From assembly GCA_041488455.1 (NCBI GenBank), contig JBGPPG010000004.1, forward strand, positions 143-64,142: DNA of 64,000 nt, in the 5' to 3' direction. The position numbers were made by a program, and so were the translations under genes. The notes under the pieces were generated by a model. That model searched no databases. It was not told the DNA's origin and saw only the letters and a program-made list of their open reading frames with translations. Positions 8,520-18,706 of the stretch are shown piece after piece. Source of the stretch: Gemmatimonadota bacterium. Lineage in GTDB: Bacteria > Gemmatimonadota > Gemmatimonadetes > Gemmatimonadales > GWC2-71-9. The first letter of the stretch is position 1; every line of letters begins with the position of its first letter.

Positions 8520-9539
8520 CTAGTCGGGCAGGGGGAGTGTGGTCGGGTCGGGGAACGCTGCGGTGAACGCCGACACCGCCGCGGGGTCGAGCTGGGTGCC
8601 GGCCACATTCCGCAGCTCGCCCAGCGCGTCGGCCGGTGCCCGCGTGGCCCGGTAGGGCCTCTCCGACGTCATCGCGTCGAACGCGTCAGCCACCGCCACG
8701 ATCCGTGCCTCCAACGGGATCGCATCGCCCTCGAGCCCATCGGGGAAGCCGCCGCCGTCCAGCCGCTCGTGGTGCGAGCGGACGATGCGGAGCACGCAGG
8801 GCGACTCGCGCGCGAGCGGTGCCAGCATCCGCTCTCCCAGCACCGGGTGCTCGCAGATCTGGTCCCGCTCGTCGTCGGTGAGCGAGCCGGGTTTCTGGAG
8901 CACCGCCTCCCGCGTGCCGATCTTGCCGATATCGTGCAGCTCGCCGCCCAGCCGAATCTGCTCGATCAGCGGCTCCCCGAGGCCGAGTCGTCTGGCGGTC
9001 TCGACGGCGTAGCGGCTCACCCGCACCGAGTGCCCCCGGAGACACGGGTCCTTGGCCTCGAGCGCGCGGGCGAGCATCTGCACTCCCTCCAGAAACAGCT
9101 CGCGAATGCGCTCCGCCTGCTCCTGCACCCGCCGCTCGAGGTGCGCCTGGTAGTAGCGGTTCTGCATCACCAGCGCGCGCTTCTCGAGGGCCCGCGCGAC
9201 CCGCGCGTGCATCTCACTCACGGAGATCGGCTTCGTCAGGAAATCGGCGGCGCCGAGGTGGAGGCACTCGACCGCAACGCTGGTGTCCGCCATGCCGCTC
9301 AGCATCACGACCGCAGTATCGGGGAACAGGCGCCGCACCTCCGCCAGGAATCCCATCCCGTCGAGCTCCGGCATGCGGAGATCGGAGATGATGAGCGGAA
9401 GCTCGCCGGTTCCGTGCAGGACCTCGAGCGCCTCCCGCCCCGAGCCGGCCTCGAGGCAGGCGAATCCCTGAGCCTCGAGCATCCGGCTGACTGCTCGGCG
9501 GACGACCGGCTCGTCGTCCACGACCAGGCAGCGCATCAC
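8520..9539 (-). CDS. Response regulator with an HD-GYP domain (putative c-di-GMP phosphodiesterase)
   Basis: REC domain (VVDDEP...DLRMPELDG) plus HD-GYP motifs (HDIGKIG, HHERLDGGGFPDGL). Confidence 0.9.
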   Translation of the reverse strand: MMRCLVVDDEPVVRRAVSRMLEAQGFACLEAGSGREALEVLHGTGELPLIISDLRMPELDGMGFLAEVRRLFPDTAVVMLSGMADTSVAVECLHLGAADFLTKPISVSEMHARVARALEKRALVMQNRYYQAHLERRVQEQAERIRELFLEGVQMLARALEAKDPCLRGHSVRVSRYAVETARRLGLGEPLIEQIRLGGELHDIGKIGTREAVLQKPGSLTDDERDQICEHPVLGERMLAPLARESPCVLRIVRSHHERLDGGGFPDGLEGDAIPLEARIVAVADAFDAMTSERPYRATRAPADALGELRNVAGTQLDPAAVSAFTAAFPDPTTLPLPD

Positions 9540-12349
9540 GAGGTAACCACCGCTTCGCTGTGCCGCCCGCGCGCGGCGTCGAGCACCTCACGGACCTTGG
9601 TGGCGAGCGCTTCCGGGGAGAAGGGCTTCTGGAGGAATGGGGCGCCCGGCGTGAGCAGACCCCTCCGAATGATCTCGTCGTTCGTATAGCCCGACATGAA
9701 GAGAACGGGCAGGCCAGGGCGGAGGCGGGCGAGGTGGTCGGCCAGCTCCCGGCCGCCCATGCGCGGCATCACCGCGTCGGTGAGGACGAGATCCACCGCG
9801 TCCGGCTCGGCCCGGAGCAGGGCGAGGGCGTCCACACCGTCGCTGCTCTCTCGCGTGAGGTAGCCCTCATTGCGGAGGAACCGGCAGGCGAAGTCCCGCA
9901 CCAGCTCCTCGTCTTCGACCACGAGAATCCGCTCGCCGGCACCACGCGGCGGCGCCTCCGCGACGCTCCAGGCGGCCGCGACACCGCTTTCCTCGACCTG
10001 CGGGAGGTAGATCTTGAACGTCGTTCCCTCGCCTGGCTCGCTGTAGACCCAGATGTACCCGTTGCTCTGCTTCACGATGCCGTAGGCCATCGAGAGCCCG
10101 AGCCCCGTGCCGTGGCCGACCGGCTTGGTGGTGAAAAACGGATCGAAGATCTGGGCCTGGGTGGCCGGGTCCATCCCGCGACCGGTGTCGCTCACGGTCA
10201 GCAGCACGTACGCGCCCGGGCGCACTACGGTGGCCGGGTGGAGGCGGGCGTAGTCGGCGTTCAGGGTGACGAGGGTCGTTTCCATGGCGAAGCGCCCGCC
10301 CTGCGGCATCGCATCCCGGGCGTTGAGCGCGAGGTTGAGCATGACCTGCTCCAGCTGGGTTCGGTCGGTCTTCACCCAGCTCGCCAAGCCGCCGAGCCGG
10401 AGCACCACGTGCCGGTCCTCGCCCATGAGACGCCGGAGCACGGATTCCATCTCCACCAGCACGTTGTTCAGCTCCAGCACGCGGGGCTGGAGCAGCTGGC
10501 GCCGGCTGTACGCGAGCAGCTGGCGACTCACCTCAGCGGCGCGCTCCGCCGCGCGGGCGATCTGGGCGACGTCCCCGAGGCGCTCGTCCGCCTCCTCGAG
10601 ACTCTTGGCCAGGAAGGTGCAGAACCCCAGGATGACGGTCATCATGTTGTTGACTTCGTGAGCGACGCCCCCGGCCACGCGCCCGATCGCCTCCATCCGC
10701 TGGGCCTGCCGCAGATGCTCGTCGACCCGCTTGCGCTCGGTCAGATCGCGCACCACGAACGCGCCGGCCAGCACCCTGCCGGTCTTCGCGTCACGGATGC
10801 CGAACGCATTGCACTCCACGTCGATCGGCTCGCCGGTACGGACGTGGCGCAGCCGGCCGTCGAAGTCCCACGACTGGCCCTCGCCAAGGCGGGGGAGAAC
10901 GTCCCGCCAGACGGCCTCCCGGGAATCCTCGTGCCAGAGTCCGGTGATCGGCATGTCGCCGACCATGGACTCCGCCGGAAGACCTACGAGGGCCCGGCCG
11001 GCCTTGTTGAGGTAGACTACCCGCCAGTCCAGGCTCACCATGGCGATGAAGTCGCCGGCGTTCTCGACCAGTGACACGAAGCGCTGAACGTCCTCCTCGA
11101 TGCGCACGCGCTCGGTCACGTCGGTCGCGAGCACCAGCCGCGCGCGCATCCCCCCGAACAGGACCTCCTGGCTCGCGACCTCGACCTCGATCGTGCCACC
11201 GTCCTTCCGTCGATGGCGGAACCGGCCGCCGACGGTGACGCCGGGGCCGCGGGCCCTGAGCCGCGCGTCGAATGCCGCCAGATCCTCAGCGGGCCGGATG
11301 TCGCGGATGCTCATCCGGAGGAACTCCTCCCGGGTCCAGCCGTACTGGTCGATCGCGGCCTGATTGACGTCGAGGAAGCGCAGGGATTCGTAGTCGTAGA
11401 CCCACATCGGTGAGGGCAGGCGGTCAAACAGGCTCCGGTAGCGCGCCTCGCTCGCTTGCATCTCGGCCTCGGCCCGCTTCCGCTCGCTCTCGTCGATCAC
11501 GAAGCAGGTCCACTCGAGCGGCGACTGCCCCGTGATCGCTCCGCCGATCACCACCGGCACTCGCGCGCCGTCCTTTCGCAGGTACTCCTTCTCGAACGGC
11601 CGCACGACGCCCGTCTCGCGCAGCTCCTGGAGCGCGCGCGCGTCCGCCTCGGCGAACTCAGGCGGCGTCATCCCGCCCCACTGGATCGCGCCCGCGCGCA
11701 TCTCGTCCCGGGAGTAGCCCAGCAGATTGAGGAATGCATCGTTGGCTTCGATGATCCGCTCCGGGTTCGCCACCAGCATTCCGATGACGCCGGACTCCGA
11801 CAACGCCCGGACGCGCGCCTGACTCTCCCGGAGCGCGGCGACCAGGCGCTCGCGCTCCATGTCCGTGCGCATCCGCGCCGTCATGTCCAGCACTGTGGCG
11901 CCGACCCAGACGACCCGCCCGTCCGGGCCGCGTACAGGGAAGAGATTCCCGTAGAAATCGCGCACCGGCTCGGACGCGCTCGGCTCACCGAGCCGGACGT
12001 GCACCCCGAGCACCGGCTCGCCGGTGTCGAAGACCCGGCGGATCAGCGGCTCGGCGACGGTCACGGCGCGGGCCGGGAGCAGCTCCTGCACCGGGCGACC
12101 GACGTGGGCCTCGGGGGTGATGCCGTTGAAGCGGGCGAAGGCGTTGTTGACGCGGACGAAGCGGAGATCGCGATCGGCGAAACCGATGCCGATCGGAGTG
12201 ACCGCGAGGGCCGCCTCCAGCGTGCTGGGAGGCGGAGCATCCTCAGGCGCCACGGGCCGGGGGCGGTGGACGCGCTGGATGAGGCCCCGCGCGAGCCACC
12301 CGATCGCGCCTGCCGCCAGCAGGGCCAGAAGTGCCACCGGCCCGCTCAT
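9536..12349 (-). CDS. Multi-PAS hybrid sensor histidine kinase with C-terminal receiver
   Basis: N-terminal TM segment, repeated PAS-like segments, H-box HEVNNMMTVILGF, ATPase G-boxes (DTGRGM, GTGLGLS) and a REC domain. Overlaps the downstream regulator by 4 nt. Confidence 0.9.
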   Translation of the reverse strand: MSGPVALLALLAAGAIGWLARGLIQRVHRPRPVAPEDAPPPSTLEAALAVTPIGIGFADRDLRFVRVNNAFARFNGITPEAHVGRPVQELLPARAVTVAEPLIRRVFDTGEPVLGVHVRLGEPSASEPVRDFYGNLFPVRGPDGRVVWVGATVLDMTARMRTDMERERLVAALRESQARVRALSESGVIGMLVANPERIIEANDAFLNLLGYSRDEMRAGAIQWGGMTPPEFAEADARALQELRETGVVRPFEKEYLRKDGARVPVVIGGAITGQSPLEWTCFVIDESERKRAEAEMQASEARYRSLFDRLPSPMWVYDYESLRFLDVNQAAIDQYGWTREEFLRMSIRDIRPAEDLAAFDARLRARGPGVTVGGRFRHRRKDGGTIEVEVASQEVLFGGMRARLVLATDVTERVRIEEDVQRFVSLVENAGDFIAMVSLDWRVVYLNKAGRALVGLPAESMVGDMPITGLWHEDSREAVWRDVLPRLGEGQSWDFDGRLRHVRTGEPIDVECNAFGIRDAKTGRVLAGAFVVRDLTERKRVDEHLRQAQRMEAIGRVAGGVAHEVNNMMTVILGFCTFLAKSLEEADERLGDVAQIARAAERAAEVSRQLLAYSRRQLLQPRVLELNNVLVEMESVLRRLMGEDRHVVLRLGGLASWVKTDRTQLEQVMLNLALNARDAMPQGGRFAMETTLVTLNADYARLHPATVVRPGAYVLLTVSDTGRGMDPATQAQIFDPFFTTKPVGHGTGLGLSMAYGIVKQSNGYIWVYSEPGEGTTFKIYLPQVEESGVAAAWSVAEAPPRGAGERILVVEDEELVRDFACRFLRNEGYLTRESSDGVDALALLRAEPDAVDLVLTDAVMPRMGGRELADHLARLRPGLPVLFMSGYTNDEIIRRGLLTPGAPFLQKPFSPEALATKVREVLDAARGRHSEAVVTS

Positions 12350-12404
12350 ACCGGCCTGGGTTGCCGGATCAGCCGGATCCAGGGCGCCCTTTTCGTCGCT
12401 GGCG

Positions 12405-13016
12405 TCAACGACCCGTAGCGTTCTTCAGCTTGCCCGCGCGGACAAGCGGAAACTCGGCTTGGCACCTGGGCGCGCTCCGGTTGTTCTCCGAGAGAACCCA
12501 CTCGCCGCTGGTGAGGCGGGCGTAGGTACAGAACTGCACGACCATCGGGTTGCCTCCGCCGTCCATGCACTCGGGCCAGGTCCGACCGGCCTGCGGGTCC
12601 GACCACGGCCCCTTGGACTGGATCGCGTCCCGGCAGGCGGGAGTCATCGCCGCCACCGTCGGGCTCTCGGGCGTCGTGAGCAGCGCAACGACGGTTTCCG
12701 CGCCCCGAGCCATGGCGTGGGCCGAGACCGGCGCCGCCGGAGTCGTGCTCTCGGCGGGCTTCGCGGGCTCGGGGAGGATCGTGGGTTGTGGAGCCGGGGC
12801 CGGTGTCGCGGGGGAGACGGAGGAGTCGGGCTGTCGGGAGGCGGCCGGATTCTCCACGAACTCCGTCGGGGCAAGGTCACCGGTTCGGCCGACGCGTTTC
12901 TTCTCGGCCTTCGCCGTGAGCCACATGGCGACTGCGACGCCCACCACGATGAGGGCGAAGAGCGTCACCCACAAAGCGCGGTCTGCCTCCTTGCGCTTGA
13001 GCACGCGCCGCTGCAT
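12405..13016 (-). CDS. Membrane-anchored protein with a Pro-rich linker and Cys-containing C-terminal domain
   Basis: TM segment LWVTLFALIVVGVAVAMWL, then a Pro/Ala-rich stretch, then six Cys. The start at ATG 13016 was chosen to avoid overlap with the CHAD gene. Confidence 0.5.
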   Translation of the reverse strand: MQRRVLKRKEADRALWVTLFALIVVGVAVAMWLTAKAEKKRVGRTGDLAPTEFVENPAASRQPDSSVSPATPAPAPQPTILPEPAKPAESTTPAAPVSAHAMARGAETVVALLTTPESPTVAAMTPACRDAIQSKGPWSDPQAGRTWPECMDGGGNPMVVQFCTYARLTSGEWVLSENNRSAPRCQAEFPLVRAGKLKNATGR

Positions 13017-13116
13017 GTGATGGATCTTAGAGACTTTGGGTCGCCGGCGCCACGGCGCTGGCAAGATGCCGCCCGCCCGGTACCTTATGCTACGCTTCTG
13101 AACCCGCGGTACGCCG

Positions 13117-14157
13117 GTGCCCATGGATCTGCCCGATAGCCTGCTCGAACTCCCCGCCGACGAAAGCGCGCGGCTCATCGCGCTCCGGCTCCTCGACGAT
13201 GTCGTCGTCGCGCGGCTGCGCCTGTCGCGGCCGGAGGATCAGGAAGCACTCCACGACTTCCGCGTGGCCCTCCGGCGCCTCCGGAGCGCGCTGCGGGCCT
13301 GGCGCCTGCCGCTCGGCCCCTCGGTTTCCAAGCGGGTCCGCCGCCGGCTCCGCGAGATCGCCCGCGCCACGGGCCGCAGCCGCGACCTCGAGGTGCACAT
13401 CGCCTGGGTGCGGAGCCGGATGGACGGCCTCCGCGACTATCAGCGCGCGGGCGCGGAATGGCTGCTCCTCCGCCTCGAGGCCCGGAAGGAGCGGGCGGAC
13501 CGCCGGCTCGAGCGGCGGCTCGCGCGCGATTTCGCCCGCACGGAGGCGAAGCTTCGGACCGCGCTGCCGGGCATCCGGGTGACGGTGGTCCCGGCGCTGG
13601 CGGTGGCGCCCGGCGGCACCGGGGGCGCCGTGCTCGGGCACCTCGTGGGAGAGCTCGGAGCCGGGCTGGCGAGCCAGCTTGCGCTGGTGCGGAGCATCGG
13701 CGATCAGGTGGAGGCGCATCGGGCGCGCATCGCGGGGAAGCGGCTCCGCTATCTGCTCGAGCCGGTCGCTCCCCGGTTGGAGGAAGCGCCCGCACTGATC
13801 GCCCGGCTCAAGGAGCTCCAGGACGTGCTCGGCGGTCTGCACGACGCGCACGTCTTTGCCGGCGATCTCGCCCGGACGCTCCAGGTCGCCGCGCTCCAGC
13901 AGGCGCGGCGGGTCTCCCACGAGCTCATGGCCTGGGCCGAGCCCGAGGCCACAGTACGCGATCCGGAGCCGGGTGAAGACGACCCGCGGCTCGGACTCGT
14001 GGCCCTCGCGCACCGGCTCCGGGAAGAGGCGGAGGCCTCGTTCGCGAGGCTTCTAACGGAGTGGCTCGACGGCGGCGGAGGCGCGCTCGTGAGCGATGTG
14101 GATGCGCTCGCGCGACGGCTCGCCGCGACGGAATCCGTCGCCGGAGTTACCGGCTGA
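13117..14157 (+). CDS. CHAD domain protein
   Basis: Repeated helical CHAD-type motifs (HDFRVALRRLRSALR, RDLEVH, HRARIAGKRLRYLLE). Confidence 0.8.
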   Translation: MPMDLPDSLLELPADESARLIALRLLDDVVVARLRLSRPEDQEALHDFRVALRRLRSALRAWRLPLGPSVSKRVRRRLREIARATGRSRDLEVHIAWVRSRMDGLRDYQRAGAEWLLLRLEARKERADRRLERRLARDFARTEAKLRTALPGIRVTVVPALAVAPGGTGGAVLGHLVGELGAGLASQLALVRSIGDQVEAHRARIAGKRLRYLLEPVAPRLEEAPALIARLKELQDVLGGLHDAHVFAGDLARTLQVAALQQARRVSHELMAWAEPEATVRDPEPGEDDPRLGLVALAHRLREEAEASFARLLTEWLDGGGGALVSDVDALARRLAATESVAGVTG

Positions 14158-14173
14158 GGTGTATATTCCGGCC

Positions 14174-14569
14174 ATGTTGTCCGTTCGAGTGCTTCCCTCC
14201 CTAGTGCTCCGCGCCTGTGCAGCCCTCGTCATCCTGGGCCAGGTGCTCAGCCCCGCGTTGCTGGCGGTTGGTGAGAGCGGGCACTGCTCGGGCGGGCACC
14301 GGCACGCGGGCCACGCCGCCCTGCCCGCGCACGCCGCCATGCCGGGCGACGCGGTCCGGACCGGGACGCCGGCGGGTTGTTCGCATTGTCCCGCGACGGA
14401 GTGTGCGTTCCTGGTGCAGTGCGCGGGCACCGCAATCGCCCTCTGCGCCGACGGCATGCCGGTCGTTCCCTCGGCGGATCCCGTCCGACCCGCGGCCGTC
14501 GACGCGACGGCCGGGTTCCGCTCTCTCGCCCTGACCCCTCCGACTCCACCTCCCCTGCACACCTCGTAG
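14174..14569 (+). CDS. Secreted Cys/His-rich small protein (possible metal binding)
   Basis: Signal-like N-terminus, then GHCSGGHRHAGH and GCSHCPATECAFLVQC clusters. Confidence 0.5.
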   Translation: MLSVRVLPSLVLRACAALVILGQVLSPALLAVGESGHCSGGHRHAGHAALPAHAAMPGDAVRTGTPAGCSHCPATECAFLVQCAGTAIALCADGMPVVPSADPVRPAAVDATAGFRSLALTPPTPPPLHTS

Positions 14570-14625
14570 GCCGCGTCCGCGAATCCCTCGCGGTCGCCGG
14601 CATCAACCGACTACGAGGATCAGGC

Positions 14626-15441
14626 ATGCGATACGTTCGCAGGACCGCCGCCATGACGGTCGCCGCGCTGCTTCTGGGCGTCACATCCGCTGCGGGCCAG
14701 ACCGATTACCGCAATCTCGACGATGGCCGCCCCGTCCACACGGAGGACGCCTACCCGGTCGAGCGATACGCCTTCGAGCTGGTCACGGTGGCGGCCTTGG
14801 AGCACGCCGCCGGCGGGCTCGAGGCCACGACGTTCACCCCGGAGCTCGAATACGGCGTCGTGCTGAACGGCCAGGTCGGGCTCTCCGCTCCCCTCGCGGT
14901 CGTCCGCCCCGCCGGCACCTCGGGCCTCGGGGATTTCGGCCTGGCCGGGCTCCGGCTCCACGCGCTCTACAACTTCAACACCGAGAGCCCGGCCCTCCCG
15001 GCGCTTGCCTTGAGAGCCGATCTCGCGTTGCCGGTCGGCGCGCTCGCCGGCGAGGTCGCCCGGGTCACGGTCAAGGCCATCGCGACGCGATCGTGGGGGC
15101 TCACCCGCGCGCACGCCAACGCGGCCTGGAGCTTCGGGTCGGAGAGCGGGCTCGCGGAGACCGATGCGGGGCCGCGCTGGTCGGCGAGCCTCGCGCTGGA
15201 CAGGACGCTGTTCCGCTCGAGCCTCCTTCTCGTGGTCGAAGGGTTGATGGAGCAGACCGTGCGCGGCGCGCCGACGGTCGCCACCTTCGCGGCCGGCGGT
15301 CGCTGGCAATGGTCTCCTACGGCGGTGCTCGACGTCGGCTTCGCCCGGCGCCTCACCTCCACCGGGCCGAGCTTCGCCATCACCGTCGGTGTGTCCCGGG
15401 TGTTTGGTGCTCGCGGGCTTCTGCCCGCGGGGCGGGAGTGA
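14626..15441 (+). CDS. Putative outer-membrane beta-barrel protein
   Basis: Signal peptide ending AAGQ. Alternating hydrophobic beta-strand pattern throughout. GAGGA lies upstream of the ATG. Confidence 0.55.
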   Translation: MRYVRRTAAMTVAALLLGVTSAAGQTDYRNLDDGRPVHTEDAYPVERYAFELVTVAALEHAAGGLEATTFTPELEYGVVLNGQVGLSAPLAVVRPAGTSGLGDFGLAGLRLHALYNFNTESPALPALALRADLALPVGALAGEVARVTVKAIATRSWGLTRAHANAAWSFGSESGLAETDAGPRWSASLALDRTLFRSSLLLVVEGLMEQTVRGAPTVATFAAGGRWQWSPTAVLDVGFARRLTSTGPSFAITVGVSRVFGARGLLPAGRE

Positions 15442-15448
15442 GGTAGCT

Positions 15449-16483
15449 ATGCCCACGAGGATGCGGTTGCTGACCTGTGCGCTCGTCGCCGTGACGATGC
15501 TCGGGGCGGGCCAGGCTCCCGCCGCTGCGCAGGACCGGCGCGACGAGCAGTTCTACTATCCCGGCGGGTTCAACTGGCGCTTCCTCCAGCAGTATCCGGA
15601 GGCTGCCCGGCTGTTCAACGCCTTCGACTACGGGCACGCGATTCTCTATGAGATCCTGCTCACGCGCCGGGGCGCCGAGGCTGCGCGCGAGCTGGACCGG
15701 GCCTTCGCGTATCTCGTGGGCGATCTGCTCGTGCGCCCGCCCAGGTTCGGCGTCCCCGAGGAGGCCATCATGCCGCGGTACGCGAAGCTCGCGTGGCGCG
15801 CGAAGGTAATGTTCGACTGGGCCCACATCCTGCACCGCCAGATCTACGACGTCTATGCCGACGACCGGCTGCCGATGGCGGCCAAGGACTCGCTGATCGA
15901 GCGGATCACCGACTATTACCTGTCAAAGAAGGACTACGCATTCGCCGCGGCTCCGAAGGCGATGGAGCTGATGGACGGGCAGGCGTTCAGCCAGGTCTTC
16001 CGGCGAGCCTATCCCCGGTTCAACGGGCTCATCTGGGCGTACCACTGGCTTCAGGTCGGGCTCTACGAGCCGCTGGTGGTCTACGGGACGGAAGCGGAGC
16101 GTCGCGCCGGAGTCGATGCCACGGTGGCCCGATTCCGCCGGATGCTGGCGGCCCCTCCCGCGTCGATGCCGCAGGTGATGCCCATGACCGCGGCGGTCGC
16201 ACCCGAGTTCGCCCGGCGGCATCCACGCGCAGCGGCGATCTTCGACAACCTGCACATGATGCACGACATCGTCTCGGATCTGCTGCTGGCCGACAGCCTC
16301 GACGGCGGCGGGAAGCGCGCCGCCATCTACGCGCAGCTCGGTGAGTTCCGCGACTCGAGCCGGAACGTCATGCCCTGGGACCACTGGTGGATGATGGGCG
16401 ACATGATGGGGGGCGTGGACCTGATGGGTGGCACCGGCATCGGTCCGTGGACCGACTCGACGGCGGGGGCACCCACCCGGTAG
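15449..16483 (+). CDS. Secreted helical protein with a Met/His-rich C-terminal tail
   Basis: Signal peptide (AGQAPAAAQ). The tail is NVMPWDHWWMMGDMMGGVDLMGG. No family recognised. Confidence 0.6.
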   Translation: MPTRMRLLTCALVAVTMLGAGQAPAAAQDRRDEQFYYPGGFNWRFLQQYPEAARLFNAFDYGHAILYEILLTRRGAEAARELDRAFAYLVGDLLVRPPRFGVPEEAIMPRYAKLAWRAKVMFDWAHILHRQIYDVYADDRLPMAAKDSLIERITDYYLSKKDYAFAAAPKAMELMDGQAFSQVFRRAYPRFNGLIWAYHWLQVGLYEPLVVYGTEAERRAGVDATVARFRRMLAAPPASMPQVMPMTAAVAPEFARRHPRAAAIFDNLHMMHDIVSDLLLADSLDGGGKRAAIYAQLGEFRDSSRNVMPWDHWWMMGDMMGGVDLMGGTGIGPWTDSTAGAPTR

Positions 16484-16547
16484 CCGCACTCGCGCAGCCG
16501 CAGGCCGCAGGGTAAGATGGGTAGCGCGATCGCCCGTCTGGAGGCCC

Positions 16548-17627
16548 ATGCGGTCAGCCGCCGGTCGTCTCACCACCTTCATAGCGCTCTCCGTCGCCAT
16601 CGGCCCGGCGGCGCTCCCGACGCTCGGACAGACGGCCGGGGACGCGGGCGGGTCGCGGGGCCCGCGCCGCCTGTTCCGGGACGAGACCCCCCTCGCCCTC
16701 ACGCTGGCCGCCGACTTCCGCTCGGTCTTCAGCAGCCGGGACACGGTGAATCCGCGCCGGGAGCCGGCCCGCCTCACGTTCCCGGGCGATTCCGGACCGG
16801 TCACCGTCGCGGTCGAGCTCAGCACCAGGGGGCACTTCCGGCTGAAGTCAGCGACGTGCCCGTTCGCACCGCTCCGCGTGCACTTCCCCAAGGATCAGCT
16901 GAAGGGGACCCTGTTCGGCGGGCAGGGCTCGCTCAAGCTGATCACCCACTGCGAGAAGGCTCCCAAGTACGAGCAGAACCTGCTGGTCGAGTACGGGATC
17001 TACCGGGCATACAACCAACTCACCGACATGAGCCATCGCGCCCGTCTCGCGCGGATCACCTACGCGGACACCCGCGATTCCACGAAGACGATCACCCGCT
17101 ACGGATTCTTCCTCGAGCCGGACAAGGACATGGCCGAGCGAAACGGCGGCCGCGTGCTCGAGCACGGCGGCGGGAGCTACTCCGAGATGGATTCCGCGCA
17201 GATGGACCTGATGAGCGTCTTCGAGTGGCTGATCGGCAACACCGACTGGTCGGTGATCATGAATCACAACGTCCGGCTGCTCGAGTTCGCAGGAAAGCAG
17301 TGGCTCTATCCGGTGGCGTACGACTTCGACTTTTCCGGGCTGGTCGGCGCACCGTACGCGATGCCGGATGCGCGGCTCCCGATCAAGAACGTGCGCCAGC
17401 GCCTCTATCGCGGCATGTGCCGGCCGCCCGACGTGATGGCGTCCACGCTGGAGCGGTTCATGGCCAAGCAGGAGGCCATCTACGGGGCCTTCCGCACTCT
17501 TCCCGATCTCGACCCGAAGCGGCTCAAGGAAGCGACGGACTACCTGAAGGACGGGTTCACCACACTCGCCAAGCCCAAGGACTTCATGCCGGAGCAGGAC
17601 TACAGCTGCGCCCGAGCAGGGCATTGA
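16548..17627 (+). CDS. Secreted protein, tentatively CotH-like (atypical kinase fold)
   Basis: Signal peptide. GNTDWSVIMNHNVRLLEFAGKQWLYPVAYDFDFSG resembles the CotH motif HNyyly...gkw..iPwDlD.sfG. GGAGG lies 4 nt before the ATG. Confidence 0.5.
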   Translation: MRSAAGRLTTFIALSVAIGPAALPTLGQTAGDAGGSRGPRRLFRDETPLALTLAADFRSVFSSRDTVNPRREPARLTFPGDSGPVTVAVELSTRGHFRLKSATCPFAPLRVHFPKDQLKGTLFGGQGSLKLITHCEKAPKYEQNLLVEYGIYRAYNQLTDMSHRARLARITYADTRDSTKTITRYGFFLEPDKDMAERNGGRVLEHGGGSYSEMDSAQMDLMSVFEWLIGNTDWSVIMNHNVRLLEFAGKQWLYPVAYDFDFSGLVGAPYAMPDARLPIKNVRQRLYRGMCRPPDVMASTLERFMAKQEAIYGAFRTLPDLDPKRLKEATDYLKDGFTTLAKPKDFMPEQDYSCARAGH

Positions 17628-18706
17628 GTCCGGCGCCTCGCGGGCGCCTGACGCGCCGAGTGGCTCTCGTCGGACTCGGCAACGTCGGCAAGAGCTTCCT
17701 CCGAATACTTCAATCCCAACAGACGCTGCTCGCGGAGCGGTATGGCGTCGCGTTCCAGGTGGTGGGGGCCGCTGATTCGGGCGGCATCGCCGCCGCCCCT
17801 GGTGGCCTCGACCCGGCGGCGATCCTGGCCGTCAAGGGGCGGGGTGGCTCGGTCGCGAGCCTCCCAGGCGGCTGCGCCGGAGCACCCGCCCTCGAGCTGG
17901 TCGAACGCGCCCCGGCGGATGCCCTGCTCGAGGCCACGCCGGTCAACCTCAAGACCGGTCAGCCGGGACTCGACATCACTCGGGCCGCACTCGGGGCCGG
18001 CGTGCCGGTCGTCCTGGCGAACAAGGGCCCGCTCGCGCTCGCGTACGGCGAGCTCGCGGCCCTGAGCGATCTCGGCGGCGGCCGCACGCCGCTCCGGTTC
18101 AGCGCGTGCGTCGGCGGGGCCATGCCGACCATCAATCTCGGGGTGCGCGATCTCGCCGGGGCCCGGATCCTCCGGGTGGAGGCGGTGCTCAACGGGACCA
18201 CCCAGTCCATCCTGAGGGCGATGGAAGAGGGAGGGAGCTACGCGGAAGTGCTGGCGGACGCGAAGCGTCGCGGGCTCACGGAGAGCGATCCGTCGCTCGA
18301 TGTGGACGGCTGGGACGCGGCAAACAAGCTGGTGATCCTGGCGAACGCGGTCCTGCGCCAGCCCACGACGCTGGCCGACGTTTCGGTGGAAGGGATCGCC
18401 GCTCTCACGTCCGGTACGCTCCGGGCGGCGTCCGCGCGGGGGGAGCGGATCGTCCTCCTCTGTCTGGCCGAGCCCAATGGGGCCGACGGGAGGTTCCGGT
18501 TGAGTGTTCGCCCGGCACCGTTGCCGCTGGATCATCCGCTCGCGCGGATGGGCGGCGACGAGATGGGCGTCGTGTACTACACCGACATCGCGGGGCGCAT
18601 GAGCGCCACGACGTCCGAGCGCGATCCCGTCCCGACCGCGGCCGCCATGCTCCGCGACCTGCTGGAGATCACCCTCTCCCCCTCACCAAGTGCCGGCCGA
18701 ACATGA
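17624..18706 (+). CDS. hom: Homoserine dehydrogenase
   Basis: VALVGLGNVGKSF Rossmann motif, ANKGPLA, LNGTTQSIL, GLTESDPSLDVDGWDAANKLVILAN. The start is TTG 17624 or GTG 17660. Confidence 0.85.
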   Translation: MSPAPRGRLTRRVALVGLGNVGKSFLRILQSQQTLLAERYGVAFQVVGAADSGGIAAAPGGLDPAAILAVKGRGGSVASLPGGCAGAPALELVERAPADALLEATPVNLKTGQPGLDITRAALGAGVPVVLANKGPLALAYGELAALSDLGGGRTPLRFSACVGGAMPTINLGVRDLAGARILRVEAVLNGTTQSILRAMEEGGSYAEVLADAKRRGLTESDPSLDVDGWDAANKLVILANAVLRQPTTLADVSVEGIAALTSGTLRAASARGERIVLLCLAEPNGADGRFRLSVRPAPLPLDHPLARMGGDEMGVVYYTDIAGRMSATTSERDPVPTAAAMLRDLLEITLSPSPSAGRT

